DNA of 64,000 bases from a virus, in IMG/VR virus record IMGVR_UViG_3300021964_000014; one strand, given 5' to 3'. Positions 48,093 through 55,325 of the stretch are shown here, piece after piece (the stretch's first letter is position 1; each line of letters opens with the position of its first letter). Both the position numbers and the translations under genes were made by a program. The notes beneath the pieces are model-generated. The model worked only from the letters and a program-made list of their open reading frames with translations. It made no database searches and was not told the origin of the DNA.

Positions 48093-48522
48093 TGTTATTT
48101 GAATTAGGTTTTAATATAATACGATTACCTCTGCTGCTTCCTCCAGAATTATTACTTCCTCTTCTTCCGTTTATAAAAACTCTAGGTTTATTAGCTTCGG
48201 GTAATTGTGATCTATAGTTATAAATAGGTGGTTTATAATACCAATCCCTATAGTACCAGCTATTAGGTCTATAGTTAAATCCGTAGTTAAACGGGTAATA
48301 GTAATTATGCCAGCCAAAACCATAGTTAAAGTTAAATCTGTTATTATCAAAGAAGTTAGTATAGTTATGTTTTTGAAATTCTTTGATTGGTATAGCTAAA
48401 GTATCACCTGTTGATGTTATAGTTAAAACTTTAGCTATTTTTACTTTTGGTACGGTACTTATCTGGTAAACACCGCAACTAGTTAAAAGTAAAGAAAAAA
48501 GAATTAATATTGTATATCTCAT
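47854..48522 (-). CDS. Predicted lipoprotein with Y/N-rich middle and R/G/S/P-rich tail
   Basis: MRYTILILFSLLLTSC lipobox signal; the last 239 nt overlap the kinase gene in another frame. Confidence 0.7.
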   Translation of the reverse strand: MRYTILILFSLLLTSCGVYQISTVPKVKIAKVLTITSTGDTLAIPIKEFQKHNYTNFFDNNRFNFNYGFGWHNYYYPFNYGFNYRPNSWYYRDWYYKPPIYNYRSQLPEANKPRVFINGRRGSNNSGGSSRGNRIILKPNSNNNDQINRSNPRIYLRPESGSNGGRSWSRENIPVKPVKPIITPPSQPRQIRGRQGSSSVQQSISRGSTSGQRGGGTIRQRN

Positions 48523-49301
48523 AATTTTAAAGTAGTTGGGTAACTATTATAAATAGGTTCAACCGTAGGATTCTCTAAACTATACAGTTTGTAAATAGTC
48601 TTAAATAGGTCAAAATTATAATCGATTTCATCTACTACTTTAATCTTCCAACCTTTGCCTTGGTATACTCCTTCTTTTTTTGAAGGACCTCTTGACTGAG
48701 CTTTCAACCAAATAATACCGGTTCTTTCTATTTTTATTCCTTTTGATTCTTCTAATGCTTTTGCATAAGAAGCTAACTGTAAATCGTAAGATTTATGAAT
48801 ACTATTAGAAGTTTTAATATCTAACAGCCATACTTCTCCATCCATTTTAACTACTAAATCAGCAGTACCAGCATACTTATGTTCATCTGAATAAACAAAA
48901 TCTTCTGTTGATATAAGTTCTGGTTTATAAGTTGTCCAAAAGTCATGAAACTTTAATATCATCTCCCAAACTAGTTGAGAGTATTTCGCATTTCCATAGT
49001 CGTCCATCCATGAAACTTCTTCTCCTAATACTAACGATTCTGCTGCCTCATGAACTTGAGTACCTTCTTTCCCAGCTCTTCTCATAATAAGATCGGCACT
49101 ATGCCCAACGTCCTTAAGCCAAGACTCAAAGAACTTATTTTTGGGCATATATTGGAGTATGGTAGTTACAGATGGGTAGTATACTCCTTCCGATCTTTTA
49201 TACACTCTTCTATCTAAAAAATTAATTTGTTTTAACTCCGGTTGAAAGTCCAACCTCTTTTTTTCATTCTGCTTGAGAATGTTCATACCTTGTTTTATCA
49301 T
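48519..49301 (-). CDS. PD-(D/E)xK exonuclease (phage Cas4/lambda-exo-like)
   Basis: YPSVTTIL, GTQVH, E...YAGTADL...LLDIKTS...QLASY. Confidence 0.88.
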   Translation of the reverse strand: MIKQGMNILKQNEKKRLDFQPELKQINFLDRRVYKRSEGVYYPSVTTILQYMPKNKFFESWLKDVGHSADLIMRRAGKEGTQVHEAAESLVLGEEVSWMDDYGNAKYSQLVWEMILKFHDFWTTYKPELISTEDFVYSDEHKYAGTADLVVKMDGEVWLLDIKTSNSIHKSYDLQLASYAKALEESKGIKIERTGIIWLKAQSRGPSKKEGVYQGKGWKIKVVDEIDYNFDLFKTIYKLYSLENPTVEPIYNSYPTTLKL

Positions 49302-50221
49302 AGGTTTAATTTGTGCAGCATTAGACGAGATAGATCTAACTCTTCTGCTGATTGTATATATTCGGTAAAAGCTCGAAAACCCATTTCGGAAGGATCTTTA
49401 TCCTCCATCTCTACTATAAAAACTCTTTTACCATTATTTAAAAATTGTTCTGCTATTTGTAATGCTCTAGTTTTAGCATCGTTATCTAAGGCAATATAGA
49501 TATCCCTTACATTGCTTGTTATAATCTTTTTATAAAGTTCTTTAGAAATACTCTTACCCAATATAGGAATAGCGTTTCGACGTATTGCAATAGCATCAAA
49601 TACTCCTTCACATAAAATGATAGGTGCATTCCAGTTAATCAGGTTTTCGAAAAATATTATGTCTTTGGAAGCTTCAGGATTTTTGTACTTAAAGTAGTTT
49701 CCATCAAAACTTCTTGCAACAAAAAAGTTGAGCGTACCGGATGAAGTATAACTTGGGACAATGACTCTTCCTCCATATTCTCCAGTTGTTGCGTATCCAA
49801 CACCGTATTTAATAAAATCATTGTCGGTAAGTCCTCGTTCATATAAATATTTTTTTACTAGATTAGCTACAACTGATGTATTAGAAGCGGAATAGAGGGG
49901 TTGGTATTCTTTCGGTAGCTCTATTATAGATAGCTGCTTGTATTCTATTTGTGAACCTCTCGGTACATATTTTAATACTTCGTTAGCAGTATCTCTAGGA
50001 GTTTTTAATTGTTTAAGAAGTGACCTAATTGTACGTCCTTTAGTCTGGCATACCCAGCATTCCCAAGGATTATGCCCTTGTTCATTAGTGCTCATCTTAA
50101 TCTCAAGCTTAGGCTTATGGTGATTGCAAAAAGGGCAATGGAAAGCGTGATTATCTCTTGCTCTCTTATGAGATTTGCCTAACAAATTTTCAATAGAGCC
50201 CAGTAGGAATGTATAATCCAT
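49298..50221 (-). CDS. DNA primase (Zn-binding + TOPRIM)
   Basis: CPFC...ECWVC, YLYERG, RVIVP, KYKNP, CEGVFDAI, ALDNDA, KDPSE. Confidence 0.9.
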   Translation of the reverse strand: MDYTFLLGSIENLLGKSHKRARDNHAFHCPFCNHHKPKLEIKMSTNEQGHNPWECWVCQTKGRTIRSLLKQLKTPRDTANEVLKYVPRGSQIEYKQLSIIELPKEYQPLYSASNTSVVANLVKKYLYERGLTDNDFIKYGVGYATTGEYGGRVIVPSYTSSGTLNFFVARSFDGNYFKYKNPEASKDIIFFENLINWNAPIILCEGVFDAIAIRRNAIPILGKSISKELYKKIITSNVRDIYIALDNDAKTRALQIAEQFLNNGKRVFIVEMEDKDPSEMGFRAFTEYIQSAEELDLSRLMLHKLNL

Positions 50222-50247
50222 ACAATGTTCTGTAACTAGTTATACCT

Positions 50248-50280
50248 ATAATATAAGAAGAATTAGTCTAAATATCAACT
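50248..50280 (-). promoter_or_regulatory. Host-type promoter upstream of primase
   Basis: agTTG-N20-TATATTAT. Confidence 0.6.
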
Positions 50281-50696
50281 AATTTTAGATGTTTTTTCTG
50301 ATTTACCATAACATTTGAAGGTCTGATATCTAATTCATCAGGGTTTATTCCATATTGTTGAGCTTCTCTTTCTACTGCATCAATCCATTCTTCCGGAATG
50401 TTACCTTTAAACTCTCCTAAAACCTCCATTTGTATAATACCTAATTTAGGGTTAATAACTTCTACATCGTATATTCTAGCGAAGTTATTTGTTTTTTTAC
50501 CTTTAAGTAGTTGTGCGTGTTCTAATTCGATTTCGTCTGTAGTTACTTTATATACTCTGCCGTTAAGTAAATAAGCAGATCCGTAGTCACCTGAGCCGAG
50601 GTGCTTTCCTCCTTGATCTAGTATTTTATCAACCTGTTTTTCAAAATCAGGATCATAGTACAAAATCTCTCCTAATATAACATGTGATAATCTCAT
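50268..50696 (-). CDS. Minimal protein-kinase-fold protein (142 aa) with leader MRLSHVILGE
   Basis: LGSGDYGSAY (Gly loop), VYK, helix C Glu, QME, DIRPSNVM (catalytic loop), LVD. Confidence 0.8.
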   Translation of the reverse strand: MRLSHVILGEILYYDPDFEKQVDKILDQGGKHLGSGDYGSAYLLNGRVYKVTTDEIELEHAQLLKGKKTNNFARIYDVEVINPKLGIIQMEVLGEFKGNIPEEWIDAVEREAQQYGINPDELDIRPSNVMVNQKKHLKLVDI

Positions 50697-50700
50697 ATCT

Positions 50701-51000
50701 TTAACTTACATCCATTGCATCATTGTGATCTGCTGCGTATCCTTTTTCTTTAAGTGCAGCCACAATTTGATCTAAAACGTCTATATCGTAGCTACTAGGA
50801 AGTTCTAATCCAGTTAAATCTTTTATAAACTTTTCTGCGTCGTCACCAAATCTAATTTTCTCTTTCCATTGTATATTAGCAGTTACTGGTTTATCGTATA
50901 AGTATATTCCGTAAAATCTTCCGTAATCAGTATATGTTATATCGATTCCTTTTATTTCAAAATCTACCTTAAACTCTAATATTACGCTACTTAACTTCAT
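50701..51000 (-). CDS. Hypothetical protein (99 aa) with leader MKLSSVILE
   Basis: ORF coupled to neighbours; no family recognised. Confidence 0.75.
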   Translation of the reverse strand: MKLSSVILEFKVDFEIKGIDITYTDYGRFYGIYLYDKPVTANIQWKEKIRFGDDAEKFIKDLTGLELPSSYDIDVLDQIVAALKEKGYAADHNDAMDVS

Positions 51001-51260
51001 TGTTTATATATTTTAACTTTAAGATCTCCAGTTCCTTTTATTAAACGGTGATAGGTCTCTTTTGGTATAAATAGTTTATTTTCAGATAATACCTGTGGAG
51101 TGTCGTTATCTAGTTGGAATTTCCAATCTGTTTGATGCATAGCTTGAACGATTCTATCTTCTTTATCTCTATGCCAAACAAATTCAAAAGCTGATGTGTT
51201 AGATGAAAATTCTCTAACTGTATATTCTTCTGTTACCGATTCTGTATAAGGCCTACTCAT
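50997..51260 (-). CDS. Small cupin-fold protein
   Basis: WHRDKEDR...WKFQLDN...FIPKETYHRLIKG; start reassigned to ATG 51260 (TAATG overlap). Confidence 0.7.
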   Translation of the reverse strand: MSRPYTESVTEEYTVREFSSNTSAFEFVWHRDKEDRIVQAMHQTDWKFQLDNDTPQVLSENKLFIPKETYHRLIKGTGDLKVKIYKQ

Positions 51261-51811
51261 TAGGTTGCGAACCATTTCATGAAAAATTCAGACCCTCCAG
51301 TATGAGTTCCAGAATACAGAGAAAAAAGGTTGCCTGTATAGGAATACCCGTTATTAAATGCTCCTGCTGAGTTATAAAATGAATAAGAAGACACACTGTA
51401 ACCGTAATCAGCTGCGATTGTTAAAGTAATAACTGAATAGTCAGAGTAGCTTGTACCTCTAAGGTATAAAGACCTTCCGTTAGTAACATGATCTGTATGA
51501 GAAATTGATAATGCTGCTGTTCCGTTAGCAGCGTCACCTGATTTCCATTTCCACCCATTGTACGTAGTAGGGCTAGAAACAGTTACTGTACAGTTTGAAG
51601 CTTGTAATGCTATCACTCTGTAAGCTTTATTACTAATAAAAGAAAACTTATCTGCATTAGCAGCAACCCCAGTGTTTGGAGCATAATGATTTTCTAATAT
51701 CTCTTTTGTGGAAATATTTGATGTAGGTTCGATTTTGAATGCTGAAGCAGAGTTTAGTTGAATGTCGCTTCGCAAACCAATATTTGTAGTCCCTGCGTTA
51801 TATACTGGCAT
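51260..51811 (-). CDS. Hypothetical beta-rich protein (183 aa), possibly virion-associated
   Basis: S/T/G/Y-rich composition; no family recognised. Confidence 0.65.
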   Translation of the reverse strand: MPVYNAGTTNIGLRSDIQLNSASAFKIEPTSNISTKEILENHYAPNTGVAANADKFSFISNKAYRVIALQASNCTVTVSSPTTYNGWKWKSGDAANGTAALSISHTDHVTNGRSLYLRGTSYSDYSVITLTIAADYGYSVSSYSFYNSAGAFNNGYSYTGNLFSLYSGTHTGGSEFFMKWFAT

Positions 51812-51824
51812 AATGTTGGTTTTT

Positions 51825-52610
51825 TTACCAGTACCCGGAGAAGTTAGAACTCCCCCCTAATGACTTCCAATATCTACCGATATTGCAAGACCAGTAACCG
51901 GCTTTAGTTTTATCTTTTTTCTGTGCACATTTATGTCTAGCGGCAAAAGATGCTCTTGCACCTTTCTTTTTAAACTTAACTGATAATCCAGTATCACCGA
52001 ATGATACTTTCTTTACGTTACCTTTTTTAGATTTAACATAGACGTAGAATTTTTTACTCCCACCTCTTTTAGGTTTGTTAAGTTGAACTTTTTTACCTTT
52101 ATATTCAGCTTCAGGAATATATTCTACAGAAGCTTTTAACATTTCAAAGCCGTTATAATCGAAAGATTCGTTTTGTAGGGATACTGCTTTTCTAAACTTA
52201 TCCATATTCATCTGACCTCCGATAGATTCTACTAACTCTTTTATTAAGTCATAATCAATCATTTCATCTATTGAAGCAGCTTCATCGATAGTATCTTCAT
52301 TTTCGATCATTTCATCGATTAGGTTACCGATTTCAAACATTGGATTGTAGTTTGGAGATACCATTGGAAGATCTAAAGGAACTCTCATTCCATTATATTC
52401 TGCGTATTCTCCAATATCAGTAGTTTCTAATAGTAGAGTATCTTGTTCATTTAATTCTATTTTACCGTCTCTCCATGCTTCTCTAGCTTCTTTAAATAGT
52501 TGTATAAAGCTATCAGAGCTATAACGGTAGACATGCTCAGATAAGGTTAGACCATTATCTAAATGGTATTTTAATGATGGGTAGCCGATAAGTTCTTTTA
52601 ATTGTATCAT
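51825..52610 (-). CDS. Modular hypothetical protein (261 aa): acidic modules plus a very basic C-terminal module
   Basis: MIQLKELI leader; LNE, IDE, IDE, IPE sites; KKFYVYVK...VSFGD...SFAARHKC...AGYWSC. Confidence 0.75.
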   Translation of the reverse strand: MIQLKELIGYPSLKYHLDNGLTLSEHVYRYSSDSFIQLFKEAREAWRDGKIELNEQDTLLLETTDIGEYAEYNGMRVPLDLPMVSPNYNPMFEIGNLIDEMIENEDTIDEAASIDEMIDYDLIKELVESIGGQMNMDKFRKAVSLQNESFDYNGFEMLKASVEYIPEAEYKGKKVQLNKPKRGGSKKFYVYVKSKKGNVKKVSFGDTGLSVKFKKKGARASFAARHKCAQKKDKTKAGYWSCNIGRYWKSLGGSSNFSGYW

Positions 52611-53089
52611 TGGTTGAAATCTTTTCTATAAAATTTTCCTAAAACATTGTCATTAATGTAAACGCCATCTTGTTCTAGTACTTCATTTATAAATAGGTAT
52701 TTACATTCAAAATATGTTAATTGCTTTTTATTCTGAACATAATGTAGAATTTTTCTTTCAAAGTCCATTGGAGTTCCTTCTTTAACTAATCTAAGTATCT
52801 CTTTATGAGAACCGTAATAGTCGTTCCAATCTGATTCGGTTATTATTTTTTGTTTGAGCGGTACTCTTCCTCCAATACCTTTAGCTTTTCTTTCCTCTCT
52901 TAAAGCTTCTAAAGCTCTTTTACCTAACCTTTTATTGCGTTCAAAAAATAATACTTTCTTTCCTAAGTATTTTTTACCGCTAGGTCTATGAGTAGTTTCG
53001 TAAATAAATCCATACGTGCCTTTTGGCATGTCTGATATTTCATTTACTATTTTTCCATTAAATGTCCAACCGGGTACTGTTACCATCAT
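52607..53089 (-). CDS. GIY-YIG family endonuclease (endonuclease II-like)
   Basis: GFIY...KKYLGKK, SDWNDYYGS, TYFE, YINDN. Confidence 0.75.
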   Translation of the reverse strand: MMVTVPGWTFNGKIVNEISDMPKGTYGFIYETTHRPSGKKYLGKKVLFFERNKRLGKRALEALREERKAKGIGGRVPLKQKIITESDWNDYYGSHKEILRLVKEGTPMDFERKILHYVQNKKQLTYFECKYLFINEVLEQDGVYINDNVLGKFYRKDFNQ

Positions 53090-53092
53090 ATA

Positions 53093-53125
53093 TAAATATA
53101 AGAAATAAATTCTGGGAAGTCAACT
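53093..53125 (-). promoter_or_regulatory. Host-type promoter upstream of the GIY-YIG gene (nearly leaderless)
   Basis: agTTG-N20-TATATTTA, 3 nt from the first ATG. Confidence 0.6.
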
Positions 53126-53646
53126 TATATATCCTCTATTACACAAGGATCAAAGTCTTTTTTATATTTTTCTTTTAGTTTGGTATAGGCAAAATTATAA
53201 AGATCACTGCCTATAACGTTTAAATCTTTTTTCAACTTTACTGTGGTTGTATTCTCTACAACTACAAACTTTACTTCTTGCTTTACTACTTCTTCTCCAT
53301 TATCATTAAAATCTATATACTCATTCGTTACTTTTTCTACTGATGAAGAAGTATAAGGTTCATGACCGGATTCTTCTGAAAATAAATCTACGGATAATCT
53401 AGGGTTGTAATTAAGTTGTCTTCCATCGAAAGACATAGAGGTAGGAAGGTACCCATCAAAGTCTGGGATGTCGCCAAAATAATTACCGGAAGATGCCTTA
53501 GCAGCTTGAGGTGAATTAAAATGACCGGTAAGTATATCTAAACAACTCCTTCTTTTATATACAGTGTATTTATCTATCCTGACATAAAACTCAGAAAGTT
53601 TTCCTGTATCTTTTACTTCTACTTCTCTTTTAACTATAAACCCCAT
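53125..53646 (-). CDS. Hypothetical protein (173 aa)
   Basis: Coupled ORF; no family recognised. Confidence 0.75.
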   Translation of the reverse strand: MGFIVKREVEVKDTGKLSEFYVRIDKYTVYKRRSCLDILTGHFNSPQAAKASSGNYFGDIPDFDGYLPTSMSFDGRQLNYNPRLSVDLFSEESGHEPYTSSSVEKVTNEYIDFNDNGEEVVKQEVKFVVVENTTTVKLKKDLNVIGSDLYNFAYTKLKEKYKKDFDPCVIEDI

Positions 53647-54533
53647 TATCTATTCTCTATCTGTTTAATGTTATGTTTAATTAAATTAGTATCTATTAAT
53701 CTTCCAGCATTAATACATCTATATAAATATTCAATTGTCGGTTCGTACTTATAACCTTCTCTGTTATCTAATACTTTCCTTTTATCTACTCCATAATGCC
53801 TGTAATACCTTGATGCTTCGTTGAGATCAAAAAAACCATTATCCCAGGTCTTTAAAGTGTACTTAGTTGTTTTACAGTCCCAGATATTTTTAGATAGAGT
53901 TTTATACGGTATATTATCTCTCTCTATCCACTGTCTCAACATAAACTGTTCAGAGTATATCATATGGTTAGGTGTCATACCTTTTTCTTTTAATGCAGAA
54001 AACTCTTGATGATTTATTAAAGTTTGCTTACCGTATTTATTTGCAAATTCTGGGTCAGGTAAGTAAAATAAACTTACATTAGATGCTCTATCTACAATAT
54101 GTTCGATAGGTGTAGTAAGTTTTTTATTCCATTTATCGTTAGATTTTGGATACCAGTTAGATGCTATTTCATCATAAGAACATATTATACTTTCTTCAAA
54201 TAGATTATCTATATTTTTAAATAGTAAAAAGTCATGGTCTACTAAAGTGATAGGAATTTTTGTCTCACTAATAATTTTAGTTTTACAGCCAGACCAAAAA
54301 ACAGGTTTATGTATATTTTCTGGGTATTCTAATTTTCTTACTTCATGCCAAAGCTCTCTAACTTTTAAGTTCTCTAAAGTTTCGTTAGTAAGGTCATCAA
54401 CGTAAAGTACAGTCTTATGTTTAGGATGGTATCTCCTCCATAAAGATACAGAAGCAAAAAGCATGAGTAAATTGAATCTACTATAAAACCTTTTGTGGCT
54501 GTATATGTTATCGTACACCCAAATTATTTCCAT
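53646..54533 (-). CDS. Putative GT-A-like glycosyltransferase (DUF6734-like from memory)
   Basis: ASVSLWRR, VLYVD, FWSGCK, ITLVDHD (DxD), ASNVSLF, SEQFML, YRHY. Confidence 0.5.
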   Translation of the reverse strand: MEIIWVYDNIYSHKRFYSRFNLLMLFASVSLWRRYHPKHKTVLYVDDLTNETLENLKVRELWHEVRKLEYPENIHKPVFWSGCKTKIISETKIPITLVDHDFLLFKNIDNLFEESIICSYDEIASNWYPKSNDKWNKKLTTPIEHIVDRASNVSLFYLPDPEFANKYGKQTLINHQEFSALKEKGMTPNHMIYSEQFMLRQWIERDNIPYKTLSKNIWDCKTTKYTLKTWDNGFFDLNEASRYYRHYGVDKRKVLDNREGYKYEPTIEYLYRCINAGRLIDTNLIKHNIKQIENR

Positions 54534-55084
54534 TTTTTATAAGTTTTTAGGTTTACCCACACCCCTTCGTATATTTTATTTTGAGTTCTTAATTTTCTTT
54601 TTTTATAACTATTAGTTTCTTCGTTTCTATTATAAGTAACCAGGCCGCAATCATATTCTTTTATTATTTTTTCACTCCCTAAATCTTTTACTACTCTCTG
54701 CCCTCGATTACCAAAAGATGTAACTGTTCTATAGAATCGAGTTTGTTCATAAGGTATAAAGATGTCTGGTTCGTGTAGATCAGTAGCGTGAAAAATATCT
54801 ACTAGTAATCTATGTTTGTACCCAATAGATACTCCTCCGTACATCATATCATAAAGTTGCTTTGGATCTTTAATATCATTCATTAAAATAATATCTACAT
54901 CCTTAGGTGCAAGAATACCAGGACCAAAAAAATACTCTGCTGATGAGCCTGTTAATATTACTTCATAGTTTGAGAGATCATATTTAGAGCTCCACTCTTG
55001 GTACCACTTCTGTAATAATTCTATTGTAGGGTCAATAAAGGGTTTATCTGTTGACAACCCTCCTAAGGCATAAAAATAACTCAT
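54524..55084 (-). CDS. Pol-beta superfamily minimal nucleotidyltransferase
   Basis: VILTGS...PKDVDIIL...LVDIF (GS-x-DxD-x-D pattern). Confidence 0.65.
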   Translation of the reverse strand: MSYFYALGGLSTDKPFIDPTIELLQKWYQEWSSKYDLSNYEVILTGSSAEYFFGPGILAPKDVDIILMNDIKDPKQLYDMMYGGVSIGYKHRLLVDIFHATDLHEPDIFIPYEQTRFYRTVTSFGNRGQRVVKDLGSEKIIKEYDCGLVTYNRNEETNSYKKRKLRTQNKIYEGVWVNLKTYKKWK

Positions 55085-55103
55085 ATAACTGTTTTAAATA
55101 ATT

Positions 55104-55325
55104 TTACGCAGTTCCTCCGCCGCTACCGTAGTTTATATCATCAAAATCTAATCCATAAAATTCAGACATACTTAAACCGGCTGTGCTATCAGACCAGTTT
55201 GTAGCGTTTATATCTAATTGAAAGCCTTCACCAGCTGTCTGTGCATCTAATTGAGCAGTAGACGTATTGTTCATTTCTGTGTTTATGTCCGCAAATGAAA
55301 TTGCACCTGTTGACTGTAATGCCAT
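55104..55325 (-). CDS. Small virion protein (73 aa), fibre-tip/adaptor-like
   Basis: MALQSTGAISFADINTEM...LSMSEFYG pattern typical of proteins encoded after S74-chaperoned fibres; TAATG coupling. Confidence 0.65.
   Translation of the reverse strand: MALQSTGAISFADINTEMNNTSTAQLDAQTAGEGFQLDINATNWSDSTAGLSMSEFYGLDFDDINYGSGGGTA

Noticed and set aside
49657-49842. 61 aa minus-strand ORF
   Set aside because: Alternative frame inside the primase gene, no supporting features
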